Part shown: in pieces, positions 1 through 13,168 of the stretch | Layout: each line of letters begins with the position of its first letter | Numbering within the stretch: position 1 is the first letter of the stretch | Source of the DNA: Perna viridis | Lineage: Eukaryota | Direction of reading: 5' to 3' | Assembly: GCA_037379345.1 (NCBI GenBank) | Contig: CM074522.1 | Coordinates: forward strand, 13,392,001 to 13,456,000 | Length of the DNA: 64,000 nt | Notes under the pieces: model-generated | The model's database searches: none | What the model saw: only the letters and a program-made list of their open reading frames with translations | Told to the model about the DNA's origin: nothing | Position numbers and translations under genes: made by a program

Positions 1-182
1 TGCCTTTGACTCATTTTATATATATGTTTACTTACATTTCAATAGTTAGTACACATACAGATTTCCAGAATTTGACTTGTGAAGCTGTAAATGCAACTCG
101 CCAACCTTTTCCGCTTTATTTTTTGTTATTATTATTATATTATCATTACTCTGAAATATTCGAAACATTATTTCCTTTGTAG

Positions 183-3100
183 GCAAGAGTGCTGGTGTAG
201 TATCGACGACTCGGGTGACACACGCTACTCCCGCAGCGGCCTACGCCCACTCCGTCAAGAGGGATTGGGAGGGCGACATTGATGTACCAGAAGACCAGAG
301 AGAATGTCGAGACGTAGCTTACCAACTTGTTGTTGAGAACCCTGGCATTCAGGTACAATATAAGTGACCTTGGATAAAACTTGTTCAATACGAGATGCAA
401 TTCCAAATGTATAAATATTTGACATGAATTTCAAGATGTAAAAGGACACTTCCAATGGAAGCAGTATTGGCGGGCATTTCATGGAGACTTAACTCATTTA
501 TTCCAAATTGAAGGATGAAATAGAAGCCTATTTACGACGAAACAAAAGTAATACGAACAAAGCTATGAATAAAAGGGACCAATGATCAACAAAATTTTAC
601 ATTAAATCAACGTAAAAAAAAACATAAAAAGAATCTTAGATTCTCATCCAAAATTTTCAAAATAAGGGCGTGCGTGCACTTTTTTTTAACTTTTTATCAA
701 TTAAGTGACAAAATGCTGTCAATTTAAAAGAAATTGACCTAAACTAAGAGTAACATCAAAATCAAATATTTCGGGGAGGGTGAAAAATTGGGTCGGGAGG
801 GGGGTGAGAATCTAGGATTCTTTTGTTGCCTAAACGTAAATTGCATTATGAAAGCAAAATTTCACGGAAGAACCAACTTTTACATTGTGTCTGCGAAATT
901 TTGCATTTTAAATATCTACTGCCTTATATCATACCGATAGTTATGATGAGGTTACCCCAAATCAATAAAAATTGCTTCAATACAAAATTACAAGTCAATG
1001 TTCTCAATTATGTTTATTTTTAAAGGTGATTCTAGGTGGAGGGAGACGTTATTTTATGACGAACACGTCGATCGACCCAGAAACAAAAAAAATAAACTCT
1101 GAAAAAGGCAGACAAGATGGTCTGGATCTAATTCAGGTTTGTTTACATATTTTTTACCAGTACCACCTTGGATCAAATATGTACTTACCGCCTTAGGCTT
1201 TCTTTGTTGTAGTTGGTTCAATAGAATGTAATCCTTCCACTCAGCATTACAAACCCTAAGTGCACTCAGCGGGTAGGTGAAGGTAAAACTGTGTTTTCCT
1301 CCACACTTGACCGACTGTTGAAAATCAGAGTGTGTCCTTGAAGCAAAAGATAATCCAGAAAATAAGGATGTAGGAAAAACATCTCCAGCAAATTCCAAAA
1401 CTGACTAATGCACTGACGGTCGCCTGATTCGTTTATGGCACGGTATCAGGGTCAAAAATACGTATTTAATTTGCATATGCTTAAATAATTATGCAGATGA
1501 GGAATAGACAAATGGGAAGAGTTGATATACGCGCATTTTTACCAACTGTTCGACAAATAAAGAGTTGATATAAATACTTCACGAACGATTTTCATGCATG
1601 AAAGCATTCTGAAAGAACGTCAGCATTATCAACCACGCAAACTATTAAGGAAAGACGTCGTTTTTAGTTAGAGGGACAATCTTGTAAGATTCCGAAAAAG
1701 TGACGATGCTTTAATCTTATACAACGGAATGGAAAAAATATAGATTTTTATTAAAATGGAGAAAAACAACATTCTAAAAATTCATGAAATTAAACCCGTA
1801 AAAGAGCATTACTAAAAAAACGTGGTAGCTGCTAACTTGGTCAGTCTCATATTTCGGACCAAAATTGGAAGTGCGACAATCCTGTAAGCCTCAGTAAAAT
1901 AGATTATTTTTCATCACATTACGTGTAATTTTGCTGGACAATTATAACTTTAGCAAAATAATATTTATTTAATAATTAAAATTCACCCTTTTTTATTTTA
2001 TATCTTTGTTCTTTGCTTCTACAATCAGCTTGCAAATAACAATGTTAATTATGATCACGTGACACTTCCTGAAAACAGTATTTTTTGGATGATTATTCTC
2101 ATTTTCATAATAACGTGGGAGACAGAAACACAAACTTTGTACCCTAAATTATTTATATACATATCAAAAGGTTTTCCTGTTCGACAAAAAGAAAAGAGTC
2201 GATATAAGTGCATTTTTATGACGAAGAAAGAGTCGATATAAGTGCATTCTGATAACGAAGAAAAAGTTAATATAAGTGCATTTTTTTTACCAATTGTTCA
2301 ACAAATAAGGAGTTGATATGATACTTCTTGCATTGATGGTATTTAACGGCGGATCCATAGATTTAGAAAAGAGATCATGAGGGTTCCAGACTTTTTTTCT
2401 TATTTTCTCAAATTTCGCACGAAATTTACAAAATTTTCCAATAGAGGAGGGTTCTTGGGGTCCTGGATCCGCCACTGATATTATAAGAGTTAGAAAAATA
2501 AAACAGATAAGTTCAATACTGACTATGTACTCAATCACTCGACCAACACACCCATTGTGTTTATATTTATAGCATTGACTCCTAAATTATTATCTTTAAG
2601 ATGTGGAAACTTGACAAAGAGGAAAGAGGGGCAACGTACAAGTATGTATGGAACAACTCTGATTTCAATAACGTGGACCCAGCCAAAACAGATTATTTGT
2701 TAGGTATATGATCATAGGAAAATGGATACGTTTGAATATTTCATTGCCAGCTCCTTTCGTATATATCCGAAAATTACTGTAGTAAGATTTTCTAAGAGCA
2801 ATCAAGGGAACCAACATTCTAGCGGAAATCAAAAGAATGTAATCCAGGAAAAAGACCAGACATGGAAAACAGACATACATAACAAAGAACATTAAGTAAC
2901 TAAAATCATACATAAAGTAACAAAAGTAAATAAGCAACTCGGACTCCACTAAAAACTGGGAGCATGGATCAGGTGCACCAGTAGGGTAAGCGTCCTCTGC
3001 TTACATATTTCTGTCTATTCTCGTGTATTACAACACATACAGTGACGATGCCAGGGTCATTAAGTTGACCTATTTACAATTAAAGATGAACTGCCTTGTA

Positions 3101-6100
3101 GATTAATACTTTATATCAGAAAATTCAACTGTTGGATTGGAAGCAAAGCATAAAAGACAGTTTAGAATTTAAGACTTTATTTCTCAATTGTCGATGTACC
3201 TTCCCAAGGCAGCTTATTAAGTGATTGTATTTTTATCAAGTGTTAACCAACTCAGTCCTCTGATCCTTATAATTGTATGTATCTTGTGGACTTGAAAATT
3301 TGACTAGTTATTCGGCAGATGTAATAACAAATATAGATTTTATTACTTCTGATTTTTTGCAGTTGTGAAACTTTCACAAGTTAAACAAAAATACAGATTT
3401 TATTACACATGATTTTTTTCGTTATGAAACCTTCACAAGTTTTTATCAAAACATGTTTTGTATCAATTATTACCATTTCAAACCCAATCTTAATGACAAT
3501 TTACATTTGTTATTTTAGGGTTATTTGAAGGAGACCACTTGCAATACGAGTTTGAGCGAGATCGATCAGAAAAAGGTGAACCATCTTTAACTGAGCTAGT
3601 GTCAAAAGCGATTCAAGTTCTAAGTAAAAACGAAAAGGGGTTCTTTTTACTTGTTGAAGGTGAGAAAATATAAATAATTTTGTGATTCTTTTTTAGTATT
3701 CTTTATATGTTTTTAGTGTTATGAAGTTCATTAAATTTGTATATGATATGTACTGGATGAAAACAACAATGACCCAGTATCAAACTGCCAGAAAGTAATA
3801 TACTGATCATCAAGCACCCAATGGTCACAAATCAAATTCCCTTCTACCATGTGCTAATACAATAAGATCCGGTTTAGTGTGTTGTACTTGTACAAAATAG
3901 GGCCCATTCCTGATAAAACCTTTCATGAAATATATGGCATGATATGCATTGCAGGACCCTAAAAGAACAATCAGTCAATCAATCACAAATCGAGTGGTAG
4001 CCGATTTTCCTTACGGAAGTGCATATTGAGCACGCTCAGTGCATGCTTATCGACTATCACAAACAGTCTAGTTGAAATTAGAGTATATTCCACAGTTAGT
4101 ACAAAAAGGTGTATTGCCAGATTGCTGGATGTCTATCATATACAAATGTAAATCTGTATTCACCTGCTAGCTGGATATCTACAGCATGATACAAACGTAA
4201 ATCTGTATTTGAGTGTACTTGTATTTTTTAAATATAAATGCCGAAACTTCGCATACTTTTTGTATCGTGGTAGACTTCTAACGAGTAGGCTTCTGGAACA
4301 GGGTTATGTTGCTACAAGATTGACGTCATCACTACAGAAGTTTTATGGTCGTCATCATGAACTTGTGGATCGTTACGGTGACGTGTTCAACGTGTCATAG
4401 TTTTCCTTTCCTCTTTCGACTATCCCGGACATGACTTTTTATGAGCAACTCGGCGGGTGTTTCTAGAAAAGGACGCTCACCATACCGGTGCACCGGTCCA
4501 TGCTCCCTGCTTTTAGTGGAGCCCGAGTTGCTCATTTGCTTTTGTTACTTTGTATGTATTATTTTAGTTACTTTATGTTCTTTGTTGTGTATGTCCGTTT
4601 TCCATGTTTGGTCTTTGTCCCTGGATTACATTCTTTTGATTACCGCAAGAACCTTGGTTCCCTTGATTACCCATTAACCTTACAGTAAACCATGGGAATT
4701 CTTCAAAGAGCAATTTGAGATGTTTGGTATATAGCTTTAGCTTGATAGGTTGAAAACTTGTCTTTGTTAAACTTCAACTTGTTTTACCCAATCTAATTGA
4801 AATTAGCTCTTGGTATTGTATTTGTTTTGTAGTGAAGAGCTAGTTTTTATTAGATTGTGCTTTACCGCATCTTCGTTTTAGTTTCATGCAGTGGTGTCGA
4901 AGACACCATTGTTCTTTAAACTCATTTAGTTTCATGCTGTTTATATCCGTTTCAAAAAGTTTTTAGATATGCATAATTTGTATTGATTGTTGACCGTATT
5001 ACCGAGTATTCAAAGTATGCCAAGGGCACCGATAAGGGAATTAGGTCTTCTAAGGAAAGGGTCAGGGTCACATTGAAATATTTCACTGTCATAGTGACGT
5101 GGAAAATATTAGAAGGTAAGTGTTCAACAGAGTTTGTAGGGAAGGGTAGCCATAACTGTCGTGGTGGAAAATTTTGATATTCAAGTCAAAACAACACCGA
5201 CCATGGGATAAGGGACAATTCACTATATAGTAACACCAGTACACATTGAATGATGTAATATTTCTCTTGATGGAGAAAGGAATGGGAACCAAGGTTAAAT
5301 AGGAACAGTACTTATTCGTGATAAGCGCGGACGGAAGTCATTTTTACAAGCATGACCGTCTTAATCTATATCTGCCCTGCCTTCTTTTCTTTTGTTAGTT
5401 TAGTTAGTTATTTCTATGTATATGTCTATATACATTTGGTACAAAATGATATTTATTTGAAACGTTTTCTCATGTCAGTCATTTTTTTTTTGTTACAAAA
5501 AAATGCATCTTTCTCCAAATTTACTTTTTTTTTCAGGTGGTAGAATAGATCATGGACACCATGATGGAAAGGCTAAAAGAGCATTGTACGAAACTTTGAG
5601 TATGGAGGATGCTGTGAAGGAGGCTGTACAGTTGACCAATGAGAAAGAAACTCTTATAGTTGTTACGGCTGATCATTCACACGTGTTTAATATAGCAGGA
5701 TATCCAAAAAGAGGCAACAGTATTTTTGGTACGTGCATACAGCTCTCGCTTATTTGCCCACCACTACAAAACGGAAGAGGGTCTTAGTTTAAAGTCCGCT
5801 TTTGTCCGTCCATCCGTCCATTCGCCATAGATAATCATGTGTACAAATATAAATATGTTTTTTTCCTGAAATTTTGTCATATCGTACATATTTTCCGGTT
5901 TATATATCCGGAGTTAAATTTAGAAGTATAGCGTCAATAAACACATAAATAGAAACAAGGCTTCAGGTACGTTGAATATCCCTTGAATCCCATGATCATG
6001 ATGACCAATGAAAAAAGAAGATTGTTACAACATATGTAATATACGTATATATTACATATGGTACAGCTTTCTTCTATTTTCATCGGTTATCAAGGCCACG

Positions 6101-7958
6101 TGATTCAAAGTATATTCAGTGTACCTAAACTGCCGTAGGCCATGTTTCTACTTATATATATATATATATTGATGCTATATTTCTAGAAAAGTATACCGGT
6201 ACAGACGGTTTTGATATCTCACAATACTTGTCACAATACTTAACTCTATTATGACATTATAATTTACGACTAAATTTACATTTAAGATTTTTTGTGAAAA
6301 GGACCGCTGGAACTTAAAATTTAGTACAGTGGTAGATGTTTAAGGTTGCACTATACAAATAGGAATTAGATGCATTGTTTCGTACACAAAACTGACCCGG
6401 TCTAATTTTGTAAAACTTAAAAATAAAAGGTGAAATTTGGTGGTGGAAATATTGATTGTGGGTAGTAGAGCAATCGTACATATATAGATGCAATACTTGT
6501 GAAGGTAAAGAGGTGTAAAATGCATGCTTTAAGCTATCCGGAAAGATTCAGGTCCTCCCCCGATTGGATTCTCTTCCCTGCACCAACAGGCTGTTTTCAA
6601 AAATGCAAAATTTCGCACGCTTTGAGAATTAAAATCATGAACAAATGAGCAGATTATTTGTTTTTTTTTTACAATAATATCATGCCAACTTACTTTTTCT
6701 GACAGTTTTTGAAGTGCCTGATATTTTAGAAATCTGTTTTTTGACAATTAATTTTGGGAAGGCACCCAAAATTTGTTATGAAAACTGATGTATATTTTTA
6801 TTATATTACCATGGCTACAGATTTTCATAATAAAATAGAAAAGAATATCTATCTTTTATGGATCTACATAATGGAAAAATATATACTTTTTAACGGAAAA
6901 AAAATGTTGGATTTGCTTGTTGAAGTGTTGCAATATAGCTGTATTTCCACAAATTGTCATAAAGTTATCTGCAGTGACCAATCTATATAGCGGAACCTAA
7001 CATGCTGAACAAGATTGTGCAACAAAAAAAAACGGAAACCGATTTTCCCTCCAAAATTCCAAAGCGCTCCGATATACACACAATGCAAAATCAATTCCAA
7101 AATGCACTTTTTACATATGCTATACTTCGTCCTCGGTCGATATAATCTTAACGGGTCCATACTAAACGTATTGATGCTGTATTGACGACGGTAATAGATT
7201 CACGTGAATAGTGTCGTGTGCTTGACTTAATTAATGAAAGAACCTCTACACACTTTAAGTGGTGGAAAGGACTTGCTGTAAACTCTCCTTTTGAATGTTT
7301 GTAGGAATCGTAGATCCAATATGGCACAAAAATTACCCTTTAGACGGCAAACCGTATACAACATTATTATACGCCAATGGACCAGGCTTTGGCATGAATG
7401 GGAGACGGGACCCGTTAGATGAAAGAGATGAACTAGGTATGTTAAATACAACCACAAAAGCGTATGCTGGTTTCTTAAGTGGTGGTAAGGGAGAAACCGG
7501 AACAAAAATTATAGACCGTAAAATAGAGGGAGAAATCAAGGTCGGAGGCTGTAAAAAAAAACTTGAAATTTTTTTGAAATTATTTGTAGAAAGGAGTGTT
7601 GTATCCTTAGCACTACAGCACTACTTCGTGTAGATATAGAACCACAAGTGTTTTGTGATAATATTGTTATTTCTGTTTTGCAGATGACCTGGATTATGTG
7701 CAAAGCAGTGGTGTCCCGTTGAAATCTGAAACGCATGGAGGAGAAGACGTAGCAGTTTATGCCAATGGTCCAATGGCCCATCTGATACACGGTGTTCAAG
7801 AACAACATTATGTAGCACACGTTATGGCCTATGCTTCGTGTGTCGGACCAAACAAAGACCACTGCAGACAAACAAACAGGGCTATATTTCCTGCAGCCAG
7901 TTATAGTGCTTTTATTTTTTTAAGTTTTGTTTCTATTTGTTATCAGTTGTATTTATAG
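183..7958 (+). CDS. ALPL: Alkaline phosphatase (tissue-nonspecific-like, probably GPI-anchored); 5' exons lie upstream of the window
   Basis: GT-AG exons with consistent phases: 183-352 ([27 protein letters not shown]), 1026-1136 ([10 protein letters not shown]), 2601-2703 (YVWN..TDYLLG), 3519-3659 ([31 protein letters not shown]), 5537-5728 ([19 protein letters not shown]), 7305-7436 ([15 protein letters not shown]), 7684-7958 ([38 protein letters not shown], then a hydrophobic C-terminal tail, TAG). The metal-ligand motifs visible here are intact. The symbol is family-level only. Confidence 0.95.
2344..2477. mobile_element. Short CAGTGGCGGATCC-type MITE
   Basis: GGCGGATCC..GGATCCGCCACTG termini; flanks GTATT/ATATT. 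Confidence 0.6.
2795..3002 (-). mobile_element. 3'UTR-only copy of the Penelope-like element (ALP intron)
   Basis: Near-identical to the 3' ends of the other copies. Confidence 0.8.
4245..4671 (+). mobile_element. 5'-truncated Penelope-like element copy (ALP intron)
   Basis: RT tail [30 protein letters not shown] plus the 3'UTR. Confidence 0.85.
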
Positions 7959-8756
7959 ATTGAGTCTCGTTTAATGCGTTTGGCTATATTGCAATCACCT
8001 TGTGTGCCCGTCCGTCCGATACACCTTTTCTATAGCAGATTAGTCAGCTTCTAGTGGAGTTCCAGATTCCTCGCTTACCTATTTGATGTTTACCATAGAC
8101 TTAACTTGACAAAAATGGCTGAATGTGGTATTCTTGGCACGACAGTTTGCAACTGCTTATTGATTTTTCAGGGTTGTCCGTAAGTTCCGTGGACGAGCAT
8201 AATATACATAAACAGCGTTTTTTATTATATTTTTTCAGGCATATTTGAACTTTACAAACAAAGCTCAAAAAGAGCTTTCTTGACCTTTATTTTAACATTG
8301 AAAGGCAGCAGTATTATCTCTATTTGTAGTTATATTAGAGACCGAATGTATTTAATATGATTTTAGGCTATGCCCATTATGGACGGAGACCAATCTCGTA
8401 AGCGCCTCAGTATACATCCGTATCGACTAATTTCATCATTTCCGTCAGAATAGTTGTAGCAACGAAACCTTCTATTTCTGTAATAATTGTTTTAAACCAT
8501 AGCCATGAGTTAGAAATTATTGTTTATCTCAACTCAATTGTTTTGTTAGATATCAAAAATATAAGAGTAATCTCATTTTTTATGAATATATGTCCTTAAT
8601 TTATTATGTGACAGAGTTTTATTTATAGCTTCTTAGCAACGGGCAGAATATGACCGCATTTCATTCGCTTTCATCAAACTGGTATATGGTCTTTGTTCTA
8701 GAGACTATTGATGCATGTAAGTTGTGTCAATTTTCTTCATTAGTTGTTAATTAGCA

Positions 8757-8905
8757 GTAGGAAACTATGTTGGTAGGTTCTGCCTATCCGCCCACTCGTT
8801 TAATAATCCATCTTAGTTATTTGAGATATTGCCATAATAATTGGGATGTAGTAAGATCTAGATGAATAACTGATTATGTTAAAAATATGTATTACCATCG
8901 GATAT
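8757..8905. repeat. Local duplicated segment; second copy near 9901-10045
   Basis: ATGTTGGTAGGTTCTG..TCTTAGTTATTT..TATTACCATCGGATA in both. Confidence 0.65.
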
Positions 8906-10169
8906 CATTTTCTACGCAGTTATTCCATTTTCATGACAATTTCTGTTGCGCAGATTTTAAGTTTTGGAAGTGGATGACTTGATACAATAGAACAAGATAA
9001 CATCCTAATAACTTTATTACATACATGTAACTTTCAACTTTCAGTTCCACTAAATAACAGAGTTATGGCTCTTGGACTTCATAGTTTGCACAACAAATTT
9101 CATTGATCTGGCCTATTTTTGGTGGTTTCAGATATTTATAGACAGTCACCATTGGGATTTTTGGGGGTGATAGGGTCTTTTTTCGCCTTTGGCTATTAAT
9201 AGGTGATAGTAAAACATTTTTTTCACATTGCATGCCACAAAATATTTTTTTTTCTAAATTATTTGGAAACAAACTACTTTTTAAAAAAATCCATAGCCCG
9301 TCCCGAAAATCAAATGGATGCTGCCTTACTTGATATGAATAAGTCAATGATCAAGGCTAGGTCAAAGTTTAGATGGATGTGGCAATTTTGATTGCATGCA
9401 CTTCGGTCCAGGATATTTTTATTAATTTAAATTTTTTAAAAATCGAAAATTCATCGAATTTAACCATTATTAGCAAGTAAATTTGGCCATTTTTTGCAAT
9501 TATGACCCTCCCCGAAAAAAATGCGAAAAATGCACTAATTTTTGTCAGAACTTGCTGAATTTCGAGGAGGGTCAAAATTGCGAAAAATGGCAAAATTGTC
9601 GTAAGAATTTGCCAATAATGGTTAAAAACAATGACTTTTCTAATTTTTTTTTTTTTTAAATACAATTAAAATAGTAAAGAAAATAAATCCTAGATCCAGG
9701 TGTATGTGCTTTTGACAGAGTCATCATGTGCACCTTTTCATTTCTCCTCAAATGCGTTCGTAATCAAATATCAACTAATCAAGGACTTAAAATTCGAAAT
9801 TTTAGGGAACTTGTTACCATTGCAGATCCCTAAGAAATGTTTCACAGTTTGATTTTGTCACAATTTTTGTTATCTTTTCTTCTTCAATTGTTTATTAACC
9901 GTAGGGAACTAGTATCATGTTGGTAGGTTCTGTCCGTCCGCCCGTTCGTCTAATAGTCCGTCTTAGTTATTTTCAGGTATTTACTAAATATTTTGGATGT
10001 AGTAAGTGGACTATGTTCAAAGTTTGTATTACCATCGGATAACATTATAAGTTTTTAAGATTACTGTTGTTCTTTTAGGGTAGAGTTTCGAAAGAAAAAA
10101 AACGCAAATTCGGTGTTCGTCGTTCGTTCGATTTGTATAAAAACATCATCGCACAAATTTAACAATTAA

Positions 10170-10381
10170 GGAGGTAGACCTAAGGTAAGGGACACAACTC
10201 CTGCAAATCATTAGAACATTTGTATTCAGCATTTTACATCAATCTCATGTAAGCATGAAAATGACTTGAATTGGTTTCATTCTGTTTCAAATGAAAGCTT
10301 GATAGGAAATGGTTAAATTAAATATGATACAAACATATCACTGATTTCAAGAGTTATGTCCCTTACCCTAGGTCTACTTCC
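10170..10381. mobile_element. MITE with 31-bp TIRs and TTAA flanks (Kolobok-like)
   Basis: GGAGGTAGACCTAAGGTAAGGGACACAACTC vs the reverse complement of 10351-10381 (3 mismatches); TTAA on both sides; GG..CC termini. Confidence 0.75.
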
Positions 10382-11289
10382 TTAATTACTGTTCTTTTGT
10401 AAATTTCTTTCGTTTTCGTATTTTTCATCTTCAAGTGTTTATAATGTAGCACTCATAAAATATGATAGCTTGTTTGAGTTTGTGATACTATATTACTATC
10501 TGCACATTTGCCGGCTGCATGTTGAATACTTTTATGTGACATCGCCAGGCGCAGATTCATAGGGGGGACCATCTATCGGGGATAAATATTTTAATGCATG
10601 ATATCTTGATTTTGTTCACAAATTTTACTCCCAATTTTGTTTTTGTTCTACTTCTATCAGTCTTTTTATTTACGCCCCTTAACCAGAAATCTCGATCCAT
10701 ACCTGATCATTGAACTTTTTAGGGTAATCTACTGCTTTAATTTTAGGTAGTATGATAAGGTTAGGTCCGTTCTGAAAATTTTGTCTCATTTTTGAAATTA
10801 AGATGTTTTTAGGGCAATCCGCACAGAAATTTCAAGTGTTTTGTCATAAAACAGCATATATTTTTTTTCTAATCCTCGGTGTGTGGAGGTACAAATGATT
10901 TATAAGTAATTTGGTGATTATTTTTTTAAAATCCAATAGCCATGGTAACATACTGAAAAAAATATTAATGAGTTTTAGTACAAATCAGGGGTGCCTTTCC
11001 TATACTAACAGCCAAATACTGTTTTATGAAATATTAGGCACTTAGACACTAGCACAGGATGAAAACATGCATGGAGGAGGTGGGAAAATGTTAAAAATAA
11101 TACCCGGTAACACCATTTTCGATTCAGTTTCTCATAATTTTAGTTACAAAAGTTCGTGCGAAATAAGTTTTTTTTTTAAATCAGTCAGCTGATGCTGAGG
11201 AGAGAACCTAATATGGAAGGGGACTGAAACTTTCCGGATACCATTTTCATTAAAATGATATCTGTTTACTTTTACATATATTACATCCT

Positions 11290-11520
11290 TGTAAAATGTG
11301 TAACTTACGCCTAATAGAAGATGAAAAACACTTTCTGTTACATTGCCGAAAGTACTCCGATGACAGAATAAATATGATTTCGCTATTTGAAGCCCGAAAC
11401 CAATGTGATTTGACCACGCTACCAGATGAACAAAAACTAAAACTCCTACTCCGTGTCGATACGAAAATTCTCTCCAAGTTCATCAGTGAAGTCGTTAAAA
11501 ATAAGGCACAAACTATCTGA
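11290..11520 (+). mobile_element. 3'-end fragment of a non-LTR retrotransposon ORF2 (C-terminal zinc-knuckle region)
   Basis: CKMCNLRLIEDEKHFLLHCRKYSDDR matches the CxxC..EDExHFLLxC motif of LINE ORF2 C-termini. Confidence 0.65.
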
Positions 11521-13168
11521 AATTGTATTTAGATTGATCTTCCTATAAGACATTTTATTTAAATTTTAAAATATCTTTGCTGACATTATCTTTTTTTTTA
11601 TTGAAAGTGTTTGAATGCTGATATTTAGCTAGTTTTGAAAAGAAAGTGCATCGTAAACCTATGAAGGCAGGTCAACTTGGTGTGCGAAACAGTGCGCCTA
11701 AGTGTAACTGTGTAGTGCACCCTTAACACTAAAATTCAGTCAGATTTTTTCTGTCTGTTTTGAAATAACTTCAATGCATGTGGTGCGTATTTGAAAATAA
11801 CCTTCGCGGGATTTTAACGCACACCATGCACGTGATTAAGCTTATTTCTCCATGGCCAGGAAAATATACAACATTAAAAAATGATCTATTAACTGCTTAT
11901 ATTGGTTTTTAACTAGAATTCACTGTACACTGACTACATGTACTGTGCATTTTGTTGCTTGTGATTCTTGACGTTTACAGATGATTTGATCGGTTTATTC
12001 CAGTTATAACTTTTTTCATCAAATGAATTTCAATTTTGTCTAAATTTTTCATGATTTGTGGTGTTTAAATATTTTATTCCATCTTTCTTGAAAATGTTAA
12101 TAAATATAATAAATAAAGTGTTTCCAATTTTGCCAAAATGCAGACGCTGGTTTTTTAAACCTATCTCCCCTTTCTATATTTGTCTAGGGTTATAATGTGG
12201 TTAACCATGTGCATTTACATAAATAATCGAGCAAACACAACAAAAATCCAGGAAGATGTAAGCATAGTAGATTAAATCCACAAACTGCTCGTAAAAACGG
12301 CTGCATTAACGGATTTGAATATCGCGAGTCAAATACTGTAATGTAGAACAGATCTCCGGCATGGTGAAATTTTATCGAGAGTAGGTCAGAGGAATAAGGC
12401 GATAGAAATAGATTAACTGCCCTCTCGTTGACTTGTTCATTAACTTGGAGAAACTGTCCTTTATCCTGATCCATATATATGTTTACATTTCAACGGAAGT
12501 GATCTAGAATTATTTACGGTACTAGTACATTGCACAGGTATTTGAGGTCTTTTTTTTTGTGAAATTACTAAATCATTTGTGTTCTGACAGCAAATATTGC
12601 ATTTATACTATCCATGTGAAGTTTTCTGAATAAATTCCTATCCCACGTACCTGTGGTACATTGAAGTTTATGAACTTAGTGAATGTTCAGGAAATCATAG
12701 AATGATAGATTAAAAAAATAACATAATTTACAATACAGATGAATAGATTTCAAACTGGGATTTTAAATGTAGATCTTGACATAGTTTCTTTTCACTAATC
12801 CGTACACGGTGCTAATCTCCAAAGCTAGTCTTACACATGACGAAGGTTGAGTGGACATGGAATTAGTAAAAGTACTGATGTTTAAAACATTATTATTCTT
12901 CGTTTGTTCACATACCGACATAAGGTATAAATGAACGAAATTTCAGCTATGATTTTGAAATGGCATAAGGTCTTTTTTCTTAGTCCGAAGTTAATTTTCC
13001 AAAATAAAAAAAAAATGAGTTGGGAATAGGGGTGTTTGTCCTGGCATGCAGTAGTAAAAGTTGGTAAAATTCTGTAGACTGTATTCTAGAGAAAACTTTG
13101 ATCAACCTTGATAAGCTTAAACAGGTTTTATATAACTGTAGAAACAAACAAAAATGTTGGTTACTCAA

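Noticed and set aside
1054-1398. 114-aa minus-strand ORF and other short ORFs antisense to exons
   Set aside because: They overlap real exons on the opposite strand or AT-rich introns, and show no motifs or splice support.
4430-4540. SECIS element / selenoprotein-type Naiad (reported in some clams)
   Set aside because: The ATGA is Watson-Crick paired with TCAT rather than forming a G.A quartet, and the visible RT cysteines use TGT/TGC, not TGA. A full-length copy would be needed to exclude it fully.
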